Shown here in pieces: positions 12,201 to 26,039 of a stretch of 64,000 nucleotides of DNA; positions within the stretch are counted from its first letter, which is position 1; every line of letters starts with the position of its first letter. The notes under the pieces are model-generated. The model searched no databases, was not told the origin of the DNA, and worked only from the letters and a program-made list of their open reading frames with translations. The stretch covers positions 22,444,001 through 22,508,000 of the forward strand of contig NC_043015.1 of assembly GCF_006345805.1 (NCBI RefSeq). Direction: 5' to 3'. A program made the position numbers and the translations under genes. Source of the stretch: Octopus sinensis. Its lineage: Eukaryota.

Positions 12201-13967
12201 TATATACATACATAAACACGCACAGAAATACATATATGCATACAAATCCAATCTTGCATACATACACATTTATAAATTCATATGAATATGTCTTTGTATA
12301 TATGTGTGTATGCGTACCTTACCTACATCATAGAGCTAAGTTCATTGATGTGAGCATATAAAATCTTACACCTGCCATTCTGCTACCTAGAGATTTAAGA
12401 GAACCTGTTTGTAGATGGATAACGATGTAAATATATAGGAATTTGATTGCTACATTGACATATATTTACTCTTGTTGCTGTTTTACTGTTAATGAATCAA
12501 ACGCATTTTCACCCATTGAATTAAAGACGAAGTCTTTGGAGTTGTCGTTCATCTATGAGATAGATTCTATATGGTCAATGTGGACAAGAGAGAGGCTATA
12601 TACCGTATATTAAAGCCAGTACATGTAAATTTTATTTCTTCACACGTACTCATGTTAGTTATATACATGGGATATTTCTGAAACGAAATTTGTGGTTCAA
12701 GTAGTATTAAGTGGGGAATGAGGTGAACGGGAACACTTTCTTAACGAAAATAAAAAGCAAAAACACCCACGAGATCTGGTGATGACTCTGTCCTTATCTT
12801 GTAAAACCATCTCTTATCACCTTTTGAAAGATATTGGTAAGAGATGTGAAGAATACAGTGTCTTTTACTATGCTTATCATACCAAATAGCCCTCCGTCAG
12901 CTACATCAACGAATGTTTCAGTTCATGCGATCAACGGAACACCCTCGTGTATATGGTGGTCATTACTGCATTGAGAAAGTATGTAGATTTCAAGTGAGGT
13001 TAATGCATTCGATGAAACTACAGAATCGCATGAATACCTCTATAAACATAGCTGTTTGTAAGGTTTGTAATTTGAATATGTGAATCAACTTTCCTTAAAG
13101 ATAACTCTTCCCAAGGTGGATAATAGAGGCATGAGCAAAGACTGTGTGTATAATTTTCAAAAGAATCATTTGAACAGTAATAAGAAAACTCTCCAAATGC
13201 AAAGACGGGGAATATGTTATGTATTTTGCATGGAAGTAGAGGATGTATTGCTCTTTCGTTTAATATCTTTAGGTGAAATGAGCAAAGACGATGTTTCATG
13301 TTAAATACAATGAGCTATTGTGAAACAATAAAACTTATTTCTAGGTGACAACCCAAAGTTAAGATTATGCCTAGGTGATGTTCTTAAGAAGACGTCATTG
13401 GTATGAAGCCAAAACTGTTCTCGAATTCTCCTGTAAATATTTGCATGAAGAGCATGCCGCATTAGTTGTTTGAAATTAACCTCAGAGCGGAGCAAGTTAT
13501 AGTGACTACATTGAAATCATAGCGATTATCTTCTTCACGCTCGCTCTAATTCTATGATGAACATTTTAGATGTGTTTGTGTGTAACTATAGAGTAAAACA
13601 TGTAACAGGTTTATCAATATAAATGTGTTGAAAATAAGCGAGTTTCTGTTAAAGTCTTCCAAATAACTCACCCTCTCAAGTTAGCAATATTTCCTATGTT
13701 TACTATAGACAGGTTTTTCTCTCCTAAGTAAATAAATACATGTGTGTGTGTGTGTGTGTGTGTGCATGTGTGTGTACGCGCACGTGTGTCCAGAGCAAAA
13801 ATTTAGAAGCTAAAGGATATGCACACACACACACACACACGGGGGCACACGCACGCACGCACGCGCATGCACATAAACACATACCCACACAAATACACTA
13901 ACACATACACATTTATATGTATTTGTGTGTGTCTGTGTATATATATATATATATATACACACACAAA

Positions 13968-14017
<50 letters not shown>

Positions 14018-14676
14018 GTAAAATACACGAACACACACACACACACGCACACACTTATGTACATTCACGAGTTCTCATAGAAACATTACTGAATATATCC
14101 ATGATGAACAAAGAATATATACGCGCATGTTACACCATTTTACTACATATTTTGTAAACTGCATTAACTATATAATAATTATATAATTCATTAAATATTT
14201 TATTAAAAATCTTGTATTCCCACTATATATTTTATGATTTAATATATTCGGGAGGCAACGCGAAACGTTTTATTATTTGATTTATTATTATGACGTCTGG
14301 GAAAGTCTATGTATACAAAGATGAAACGACTAATGTGTAAGTACGTGTGAATGCGTTCGTGTGCATGTGGTAGTTAACGGTCGCGTGCTTATGAGCATGG
14401 TCCAGTCATGAATGATACTGTTATGCGTACACAAACATAGACACATGGTCAAAAACATGCACATACAATACACATATATATATACATGCAATTCCTTGAT
14501 GTCTTTAAAAAATTTTTTAAAAATAAAATATAATTAACTGAGAAAAGTCTTTAAAAATTAATGACTACAGTCTAAATATTATTAAACTGTCGGGACTTAA
14601 TTTTGTATAAAGATATGTGCATTTCACCTCGCCTTCCACTCTGTGTGGGTGTACGTGTGTGTGTGTATGTATATAT

Positions 14677-14738
<62 letters not shown>

Positions 14739-15124
14739 GAGAGAGAGAAATAGAGAGAGAGAGAGATGGAAGGCAGAAAGAGAAAGGGACCGAAAGAAAG
14801 ACCATTTATCGTTTAGTTCTGCCTTTACTCCAATTATTTTGATCAACGCGATGTTTGAAACTAGAACCACTTGTATTAGCTACCGGCGCCCCTGCATAGA
14901 TGCAGCTGAAAGATTGAGACAAGTAAAGAAACTCTGTTGCTGTATTTTGCTGAACAGCAATCATTTACATGAAGAGACATACGACCGAAAATTCAACAGC
15001 AAAAAGTGCGATACCATTTTTTTGAATTAAAAGTATAAATTTCTTTGTTTTCGACAGTGAAATGGATACATAAAAGTATTATGCATGTGCGAATTCACGT
15101 ATTGATCCACAGACGAGGCCTTCT

Positions 15125-15395
15125 GGTAATGATTTTTGCTTCCCAAACAACATGGTTCCGTGTTCAGTTCCACTGCACGTATTGGAACACAGAAACTGAA
15201 AGAAGCCACTCGTATAGATATATACATCGCGAAACCACGATGATATTTAGCTTATTGACTGATGAAGGAAACAAAGATTCGGTTAAGTGACCCATAGCGT
15301 AAGTATCAGGTGCTTAAAACACATAAATACTGGACTTGATTCATTTGACTAAAGATTATTTGAGGTGGTACCCTAGCATGGCCGCAGCTTAATAA
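15125..15395 (+). mobile_element. SINE family B copy with internal deletions
   Basis: Head CTTCCCAAACAACATGGTTCCGTGTTCAG, core end GAAACTGAAAGAAGCC, tail GGTGGTACCCTAGCATGGCCGCAG. Confidence 0.7.
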
Positions 15396-15839
15396 CTGAT
15401 ATTATTAAACGATAAAGGATAAAGGATATCTAATATACATTGTACTAGTTTCCTTATTTTTTCTTTCTTTCTTTCTTATTTCCATTCTTTCTTCATTTAT
15501 TTCTCTCTCCCTCACTCTACACTTAAATACATTCCTACGTACATGCATACATACAAAAACACACTCACACGATCATGCACTTATACATATATCATTATGT
15601 ACTAGACACGCACACAAGGGACATGCATAAACAAACTGGCGATTGTGTGGGAGTGCCAGTCAGTGAGCAGTTCATTTGCATCTGGAGCTTCATTATCTTT
15701 CCTGAATAGATCCACATGTGTGCCTGCATGAGGTTTCAGAATTATGGTTCACACACACGAGGATACATGTCGGAAATAATCAATACATTTGATAGATTCT
15801 TCTAGGCAAAAAACTTTAAAGAATGCTTTGAATTTTATA

Positions 15840-15956
15840 CGCACACGCACACACGCACAAACTCATGCACGCGCACACACTCACTCACACACTCACATAC
15901 ACAAGCACTAACACACACACACACATATATATACACAGACTCATATATATATTTAT

Positions 15957-15993
<37 letters not shown>

Positions 15994-16140
15994 TATAGAT
16001 AGATAGATAGATAGATAGATGGATGGATAGTTAGATGGATAGATATATAGTTGTGTAGATAGATGGGTATATTGGTAGATATATTGATAGCATGAAAGAT
16101 AGAAATATAGATAGATATATGCATACATATACGTATATAA

Positions 16141-16222
<82 letters not shown>

Positions 16223-16330
16223 TATTATATACATATATATATACATGCATATAAATTCGTATTTATTTTGTGTGTGTATATACATATATACACACACATA
16301 TATATGTATGTTTGTATGCGTCTATGTATC
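15840..16330. repeat. Compound microsatellite (CA)n(GATA)n(AT)n
   Basis: Direct reading. Confidence 0.97.
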
Positions 16331-17340
16331 TATGCGTGTATATTTTTGTTTAATTGTGTATAATCGATGTACATCTATAAGTTGTTTACTTCATAGCCAT
16401 AAACATATATGATGACATAGGCAATACTTCAACAAATGTGTATCCACTAACATATATATATAAACTACAGCCAAAAGAAGTGTAAACTTGCATAAAGACA
16501 CATATATATGTATATATATTAAGATATACACTATATTTGCGTGTGTTTGTGTGCATGTGTGTACGCGTGTGTGTTTGTGTGTGTGTATATATATAGCTAG
16601 AAGCATAACAATATAAATATAGTCGTGGTGGATATAAATGCAGTTACAGAAAGACAATCGGATAACTACATAAATGGATGCGTCTATGGACATACACATG
16701 CAGACACATAACGTTTATATGAGTGTGTGTGTGTATACATATTTACAAATGCATATATACATATATATATACACACAGATATATAAACACATATTTATAT
16801 ATGCTTGTATATATATATATTGAGGACACCACGTCCAAATTCCTATATCTTTGTAGTATAAACTCTGAACATGTATGCTACAAAAATTATGCTACATTAT
16901 TACCAACGTGTATTTGTTAAAGTTGTAACGTTTTTATGTTATTCAGAAAACCACAATGCCAGTTCGTGATAGTTCCATCCCATATTCTTTGTATTCCATC
17001 AATTGTGCCTTGAATATATTGCTTGAAAAATCCTTAGGGAGGAAGAAAATCACTTTCTCTTTTAGAAAATATTATCGATCCTGTATGAATCATTCTAAAC
17101 TCCCTCAGGGCAATTAGTGCACGAAGTACTTACCTTACATATTTCTGGATAGGTGGAGCTACAAACATATTATTATCGACATTTTCAAATTTAAAGCTTT
17201 AAATAATATATATGTTTACTTATATACTTCATTTCCATAATTTGAACAAAAATTTATCTCGCTGTAATGCATCTCTTCGTCTCTATGTGCGTGTGTGTAA
17301 GTCTACAATTTCTTTTTTCGATGTATGTATATAGGAATAT

Positions 17341-17481
<141 letters not shown>

Positions 17482-18063
17482 ATTATAGAGTCAGTATTTA
17501 TTCCAAATGGCAATCTTTATATCTAACCAAATGCAGAAGCAGTGTTAGAGCGCCGAATTCTTCGATATTTACTCTGAGAGGAGTAAAGATCACAGATGAA
17601 GACATACATTTATATCGTTATTTAATCTGAAAGGAGTAAAAGCACATATGAACCCATACATTTATATCGCTGGCAGATAAGACGCGTCTGCTACAGAGGC
17701 CTGATCCCGTGATTTCAGTATACCCCGACTGTTTAATGGCAGACATCCGGTAGTCGCATACGGTCAAACGTCACTGCCACTAGTATATAGAATATCAGTG
17801 AGCGTTCAGGAAAAAGCTGACAAATTCTGGTTTGTAACGTTTGGGACGTGGTTGATGAAGACACCAACCACTCTGCCTGTACCACCTAGGCAAAGATGGT
17901 GTCCATGTTCAAAGTGGTATTCGAAAATATTTCCACAGACAGTGAGGAACACATAAGCACGGGTTCGTTTCGTGTGAAGGCCGTGGTAGGTGATGAGAGT
18001 TACTTCGATTTAACTGTTATCTCCAAGCCATAAGCTGGTTGATATTTTTGAAGTTTTAAAGTG

Positions 18064-18434
18064 CAGTAATACCTCGCATTACGAGTTTAATTCGTTCCAT
18101 GATCGAACTCGTGTTCCGTTTTACTCGTTTTGCAAATCAATTCACCCCATATACAATTAATCCGTTCCAGCTCTCCCCCAAGCACTCAGTAATAATTTTT
18201 ATGGGTTTTAAAACAATAAAGGGATAATTACAAATACTATGACGATTATGAAACAGAGAATGTAAAAGAAATATGTAATCTGGTTTTATTAACCGAATTG
18301 CCTTAAAAATGGGACGATTTGTGTGCTCGTACTGCAGATTTCTGCTCGTAGTTCAAAACAAAAGTTCGCACGAGTTTCGGCTTGTACAGCAAATTACTCG
18401 TATAAAGGGACACTCGTATTGCGAAGTTCTACTG
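18064..18434. mobile_element. Tigger/pogo-like MITE, 371 bp
   Basis: Terminal inverted repeats CAGTAATACCTCGCATTACGAGT and ACTCGTATTGCGAAGTTCTACTG. TA on the right flank, TG on the left (probably a mutated TA). Confidence 0.8.
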
Positions 18435-18519
18435 TACATATATTTTTGAATAGAATACTGTGTTTTCTTGTACTTTTATGAAAACTGTTAAATTTAGCAT
18501 GTATATTTACAAACATAGT

Positions 18520-18700
18520 TTGAGCGACGGGTTGTGTCGATTACATCGAGTTCAGTGCTCAATCGGTACTATTTTATCAACACCGAAACGATGTAAAGGA
18601 AAAGTGATCGCAGTGAAATTTGTACTCAGAACATGAAGACGGACGAAATGCCGCTACCTATCCTACCCGGCACTGTAACTATCCCGCCAGTTCAAGCCTA
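18520..18700 (-). mobile_element. SINE family C, degenerate copy
   Basis: GGTACTATTTTATCAACACCGAAACGATG...GTACTCAGAAC...GACGAAATGCCGC, related to 43677-43790. Confidence 0.6.
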
Positions 18701-19049
18701 GCAATGTTTTGACACTACGTATAGTCTACTGCTTTTACTATCCATCAGAAATCGTAAAAAAAATCTGCTAAATATATTACTTAATTTCACAAGGCAATCG
18801 ATGATAAATTATCAAACAGATTTGTACTTTTGTGCTTCCAATATATTTGTGTTTTTCTAATTTAAGTAAAAACGTGTAGGATGACATTCTGTGAGAATCA
18901 TTCTACTTCTCATATATGGTTATGTTTATTATGAACATTAAACAGAATTGCATCCAAAGGGCTGAGTTCTCTTTAGAACGCACAATATAATAGTAAAGTG
19001 CACCGACGATTCATTAACTTGCAGTTTTGATTTATTGTCTCAAATACGC

Positions 19050-19362
19050 CAATGTTCGTGTCAATCCATTACGAATGTATTTCAGCCAAGCTATATTATA
19101 TCAGATCCTCTCAATCCATCCGCAATCCATAGCAATATAACAGTATTTAATCAGCCCAATTCACTAACACTCCATTACAATGATATTATATTTAGTCAAA
19201 TTCTCTATAGTCTTCGACAATCCATTTATCAATAAATTACAACCATGACATATTAACTCAGATATTCTAAATCCATTCTCAATCCATACCAATATAGCTG
19301 TATTTAATCAGCTCAATTTATTACCAATCCATTGCAATCATATTATATTTAATCAGATTCTC
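19050..19362. repeat. Degenerate ~40-bp minisatellite with a ~165-bp higher-order unit
   Basis: Recurrent AATCCAT...CAAT...TATTTAATCAG units. 19110-19205 aligns with 19278-19362. Confidence 0.65.
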
Positions 19363-20714
19363 TCTGTCTCTGTGCGAGTGGAAGACTTTAGCACTGTTAT
19401 ACACCCGTATGATACTTCCTCTTCAAATTTTGCGCGGCTGCAGCTGTAACGCCGAGGGTCAGGCGTAATGGTGCTGGCCTAGGTTTTACCGTGTTCTAGC
19501 TATGCAAATTTATCTTAGGTACTTAGGACTCCATTATATATTGTGGCATTCAATAATCTTATTTCTGATGCCGCTAAGCGCCCTTTCATCTCTGATCAAA
19601 CTGATATATGATGAATTATGTATGCTAAGAGGGTCATTTTACGAATAAGACACACATGCACTGGTACCATTTCATTTCTTTTATTAACAGTAGTTAATTA
19701 GCTGATAAACTAATCAACTGCGTCAATTTCAAAGACACATTTGCATCTCCCGTGAGTGCATATCATTGATGAGGCCACGAATGGCGATGACAGGACTCAG
19801 ACGAATGTGATTGGTTGCTTGACCAAACGAAAACCAAACACTCCATTAGTTAATTGGTTAACTATTTAACTAGTCGATTGCTAATAACGTAAGAAATGAA
19901 ATAGAACCAACGCGTGTGATTCTTATCGACATAATGAAGCATCCAAGATAAGAGAAGCTATTTTTCAACGCACAATTTGATTGCAGGGATACTCAGCTTT
20001 TACGGATTTATGGACACAGAGCAAAAACACAATAACAATGAGAAAATATTCCAATTATCGTGATTCCGAATTTTAAGGAGTGTTCAGAACAACATCTTGT
20101 AATATAACCCTCATTGTTGTTGCTCGTGTTTTTACTGCATGTCCATAGGTCCTCAAAGGCTGAGTATTCCTACAATCAAATAGCGTGATTATCCCATCTA
20201 TATTTATATGGTTTATCCGAACCATATTTAACACTAACGTATTATATTTAATACCTAATGTATATTTCCACATTGTTTACTCCCAGGTCAAACGTAATTG
20301 AATATACCTATAACTAAATGCTGTCCAGCTGTGTAAACGAAATAGTGTTCTGTATCTTAAACTTCATTACACGACCTCATATATTATTCCTTATTGTTTT
20401 TGAAGTAATTGTGGCTGTTGTTGTTTGTGATGTAGGGATTTTTATGGTGAGATGACAGCGAGAAATGATATTTTGGTTTGAGAAGAAAACGTCGAATGGT
20501 CCATTACGATCTTTGTAGATATATCTATAATTTAAGTATCCTTCAATGTGGCTATATTTGGTAAAGTTTAGACCCAGGACAAGCCAGACCCAAATATTGC
20601 AACCTCGCACAGTAATTTCAATCAGATTTCGCTAGTATTTCTAGAAGATCGAGTAACATGTTGAATAAAAAGTTTCTTTTACCGAACAGCAGATAATTAC
20701 TAGAAGATATTAGA

Positions 20715-21170
20715 ATTATTATATGAAATTTCACAGCTTATTTGCATGGGTATGTTGTAAAGTGTCAGCTATCCACAGCCAGCAGATTACGGTGACACTT
20801 GTTTACTGGTCATGCTTCAAGAACCCTGCAAAGAATTATTGCAGTTCCAAGCGATGTCGATTTTTTAGGTATTCTACCTTCACATTTGCACTGATCTTTT
20901 TCAGTCATGTTGGTAATTGAGTGCTAATACTTCCAAGTGCACAAATTACTATTGGTATCCCGTCTACTCTCTTCTTTGACTACAATCATCGTATTTCCCA
21001 TTTCAAATCGTCATAGTTGTTTATTTTTATCTTCTTTCACATTGATCTTGTTGACACCGGAACATGTTATCTCAATGATCACATATGTTCTTTCTCTTTT
21101 ATTCACCACAATAACGTCCGTTTCCGATGTCTAGTCCGCTGATCGCAGTGAATCACTCCATCCATAAAAT
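20715..21170 (-). mobile_element. 3' fragment of an R4/Dong-like LINE (restriction-like endonuclease domain)
   Basis: With frameshifts the minus strand reads RxDVIVVNKRERTYVIIEITC...KINNYDDLKWEI...IPIVICALGSI...KSTSLGTAIILCRVLEA*, a PD..D/E-type RLE signature and typical R4/Dong C-terminus. Stop at 20810-20812. Confidence 0.8.
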
Positions 21171-21600
21171 TATGAATATAAGAATATGTGTTTGTCACGT
21201 GTTTTTTAATGAATCCCAAAGAATTTCAAGCAAAATTGGCATTGGTGGAATTTGGAGACAAACTATAAAGCGTTAATGCTAAAAACTGCAGAAATCTTAG
21301 TCGACACTCTTAATGATTACGCCAATCCACTCGACAATAGTCGCTGCTATTTTGTAGTTGAAGGCAAGCCTGAAAATTGTGCTCCAATAAATCTCTGAAA
21401 TCAATATTTCATTGGTAAATGTTAACTGTATTATGGAAGTTCTTCGTTAATAGGCTTTCAATTTGCAAAGAAAATCTTGACTATGCTATGGCGTCCGTAT
21501 TCTGAATGCAAGAGGACTATACCTACATAAATCATGCATATATATACACACATGCATACACTCTCCCTCTATGTATATATATATATATATATATATTATG

Positions 21601-21660
<60 letters not shown>

Positions 21661-23949
21661 TCACCCACACATACACACACGCGTGTATATATGTACGTAT
21701 ATATGTATTTATGTATGTGTGTTATATTCTATTAATTACGTAGACATTTCTCACAAACATTAATGATTCTAGGAGATCTTCCATTGGTGATATGACTGTG
21801 GAATTGTTCACAATAACAATTTGAAATATATTGAAAGGAAGTGACTGGTAGTTATCAATATTCAGTGAAAATGTGACTATACTGATATTATATTCAATTA
21901 TTCTCTTCTCTCTCTCTCTCTCTCTGAATCTTTCCGTTTCTTTCTCTTTATACGTCTCCCTCTCTCTACAGATAGTATTTAATGGATGTGGATGTAACAG
22001 GTATAAACTGATAAAAGGCACAAGTAGTTAGTCAGCAAACACAATTTTCTATGCAAGCCATTAGAGATAATGGAAGTTTGGAGTAAATCAAACATTTCGC
22101 CGTGTTAGTTTACGATATTAACAATTTAAACCTTATGTTCTTCTCTCACTTTTTCTCTATCTTTCTCTGCATCCCTCTATCAATATAAGTCTCTGTCTAA
22201 CCGGATGCCTGACTATCTATTTGTCTCTCGCCCTCCCTCTCTTTGTCTCTCTATATTTTTGTTTACTTCTCTCTCTCCCTCTCTCTTTCACATCATCCCC
22301 TCTGTGTCTCTCTGCTTCTACATTTCCATGTTTTAACAGTCTCACCATCAAAATTTAACCTCTGAGTTAAATTTCATTATAAAGTATTGGATTCACAAAA
22401 TGATTTTGTGAGTCACAAAGGCGTTCATATCACTACAGGGCCTGTTGTCTGCTGACAATTATTCTTGCTCAGCAAGATTAATTTCCTCATTAACCGTGAG
22501 GTTAATTAAATAATTACAACAACTTTGCTGTATTTTGTTTTTATTATGTTATTTGTTTTTTTTTTCAAAAAGTAACAACATGGCTGTTTTCATTTAAATT
22601 TCATTATTAACAACAGAGTTTGTTATGAGCTGTTTATTACTTTGAATAAGGGATTAAGACAACTTGGTCCCACACAGACGAAACAGTTTTCGCTAAATTA
22701 TGAATTTATTCATCCAGCCATTCGAGATAAACATTCTGTAGATTTGCTCATTCAAAGGGTCATTATATATGGTTGAGGTTAAAAGGTAGACAATAAAGTA
22801 ACTTCCTGTGGCAGTTGCTCATTGAGCTACGTTAAGAAAGCCTTCGCAATGAACCGATATTAGCTGGTAATATATGACTAATGATGTAAATGCTTCAATT
22901 CTTAATCTGCTCCCGGTCGACATGATCTTTGCTGAATTCCATTTCAATATTGCGATACCACATTTATACAAATCTACAACCGGGCAATAATGACTTCCCT
23001 GTAGGTTTCTTACGAACAATACGAAGTTTCACTTGATATTAGAGATTTATATCCACAAATTCAGTAATATATTTGTCATTGTAATATACTTCGTTTAATA
23101 TATGTTAGAATTTGAAATCCTTTATTTATTGATTACAATGTACGAACTCAAGCAATATATGTGGAAATAAGTTTAATGAAATTGGAAACTGAACATCACA
23201 AAATTAATCCATTGGTCACAATTACAAGATCACACGTGAAATACTAATATATAACGTCATTCTTATTATGCCCTTTAGCTATATATCTGGAAGATGCATC
23301 AATATTATTTATGCGTATGTTTCAAGCATGCGCTTATACTTCCATGATAGCAGAAATCCTTGTATTATAAGAACAGGGTGTCATTCAAAATATGTTACAA
23401 TATTTTCTTTTTCATTATTGGCAAATTTAGCTCTAAAAATGACTGATATTTCAATAAATACGCGCTAAGGTCACACAATATACAATACATATAGCATGGC
23501 GTATTAAATACAGTTGTTTATATTGCTCAAGAACCAATATTTAGAAGAACTGAACGGGAGCTACATTCAGTGTGCACAGCATGTATGACTGAATAGAGAT
23601 TCCCATATTTGGGTATTGAAATGGAGTGAGCAAAATATTTAGTTTCGGATATAGTACACTGAAAATTTTTGATGCAGCTCGCTATATTGCAAGTTCAAAT
23701 CTAACTAGCGATGGACCAAGTCTCTCTCCATTTCGATGTCGATAAAATAAATAGAAAAGACCCAATAGAGTTAAAGAAATTGGGATCTTTTCTATTCTGA
23801 AGCCAGGACCACAGATCTTTCTACTTAACTAAATAATTTGAAACTTCGTATGCCGATAGAGTCTAGCAAAACAAGACACATGTTGGATCTAGTTTATTTG
23901 AGAAAAATCTATTTTATGACTTTAATCGTAGATTAAAACTGCGAATTCT

Positions 23950-24035
23950 AACCAATCAGATTGTTTGTTTTCATGTGTAAAACTTGACTGCATTCTATTA
24001 GTGTGACGTAGAAAGCGCTTTTGTGACGTACTAAC
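23950..24035. promoter_or_regulatory. Candidate promoter motif cluster (CCAAT plus two CRE-like GTGACGTA)
   Basis: CCAAT 23952-23956; GTGACGTA 24003-24010 and 24023-24030. Lies near the left edge of the CpG-depleted domain. Motif evidence only. Confidence 0.3.
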
Positions 24036-26039
24036 GTTCGTTTGAAAACTGTAAACAAACAATGTGGGTAACGAACGTATATGCAACACGAAATAACTAA
24101 ACTGATGTGAATATTGTTTTATTTTCTTCGCATGTATCCACATGTTCTTAATATTTTATACACGTGGACTCGTATCATTTACTTTGATAAAATTTTATTC
24201 GTGAACATCCGAATCATTTGCTTTGTAAACAAACAGGATAATTGAGTGCACTGCACTAGCACCGTAATTATATTAACTTTGGTTCATTATTCTTCTGGCA
24301 TAGGCCAATTCCTGTTGCTGTAGATTTCCAGGTCATAACTTGTACTCGTTTTATCGACCCACCTGTAACTGGCATATTTTGAACTTGATAAACATATATA
24401 TGTAAACCTGAAAACATCTCGAGTCTGTTATATATTTGTAGGGAACGGACGTGAAACCCAAGGCAATCCCATAAATCGGCCTTATCTAACTTTAATATAT
24501 ACTGTTCTATAACTTAGAGTGGGCTTCTTTTTTCGGATTTATGTTTACGGGTGATATATATATATATATAAAGGTGAAAGTAAAGAATACGTACACCTGG
24601 TGTTAGGGTTTAGGATTAGGATTTTTGTTACGCTGAAAACAGGTGGTGGGATACACACCTGTTGCATAATTCTTGTGTACTTTGCATTTGCATCACAAAT
24701 TGTAATATCCTGCATTAAATTTAATTTACTCTTTATTTGGTTTTGTTTCTGTTTTTATTGTGTGCACGCCTTGTTATGGTTTATGTTAGGGTTAGAGCTA
24801 TGCTCTAGAATTGGCAACAGATAGCATACTAAATTGTAAATGGCCACGTTTACTGTATGCTAAACTGGCACTAGAGATTTAATGAAACAGTTTACCTATT
24901 AAAATTTAAGTCATGAAAGGATTAGTTAGCATTGTCAACACACTTCACATTTCTCTGTTTCTGTGGGCAATGAAATAAAACACTAGATAAGGAGTGGGTC
25001 AATATAGTTGACATTATTTCCTCCTATAAAATTTTTGGCTATGTACCTTCTTAGAAATTCTTATTTGTATTAATATAAAGTGCGAGCAAGAGAACATCTG
25101 CAGGCTTTCCTAAACTGTTAATGTGAATGTAGATGATGTCTTTTTTCAACTTGTGTAAATTAATGTCTGATGAGAATGTGATTCCATCTAGAAGCTGCCA
25201 TTCTGGAGATAAATGATTGGCTAAAATATTTAGTAAAAGGGTTCTAGCTGTGAGACATGTTAAAGATGATGATGTGGGCTCAGTTTGATATAGTTTACAG
25301 CTTACTAATTCACAGGAATAGTAGTGGGTGTTAGGGGTTTTTTTTCCCATGTTTTATTTGAACAATTTGGCTGGATAAAGGGGGCTGTATCCTTGCCTTT
25401 TGCATTCCTTCTGAGACAAGAGGTGTGCCTTCAAAACTGGTAAGATTGACGTAGTTGATCTTGAATAAAATGTGTGGATGGCTGCAGAGGAAATAACATG
25501 GACAAGGGAATTTCAGAAGACTGACAATCTGGTAAGAAAGAATTTAATGCTTAGTTTGCAGGTGAATTACATGCTACGTGATCTTCAAGCCTTTTGTCGC
25601 CAGATGCTGTAACATGGTTTGTATCCAATATAGTAGTACCACCACTATTGCGATAATGGCCTGAAATATGTGGTACCAGTGTGATAAAATAAGATAATGC
25701 AGCAGCAATAACAACATAACTATCTCTCAAGAACCAACAAATATTCCAAATAAACAAACCAACCCACACTCTAGAACTTCACTATGAAATAACACAAACT
25801 ATATACACTCTCGGTTCAGTCCATTCCTCACAAGAGGGTACCTTGGCTCTCATCACAACACTGAGAGTGTAAGGGGTTACTAACTTTGTTCTGCCGACAA
25901 ATTTCCATTTATTTATTCTTAAGCTTCTCTTACTGCTAGAAACCACCTCTGCCAGGTACTGGCATTTATGTGAACAATGTAGACAATTGACAAGTATCAA
26001 ATGCCACAATACATAAATTCATTATTTATTAAAATTATC

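Noticed and set aside
22835-23015. Possible Helitron/PIF1 helicase relic (NEPILAGN...NDVNASILNLLP...FPVGFL)
   Set aside because: The resemblance needs several frameshifts and the spacing is off; too weak without a search.
24600-24800. Telomere-like TTAGGG units
   Set aside because: Only 2-3 imperfect units, probably part of a repeat element rather than an interstitial telomere.
25600-25720. ELOVL-like HWYH motif; tetraspanin-like GILLLVTG...WLRF at ~46900
   Set aside because: Short motif resemblances only; the surrounding residues do not fit either family.
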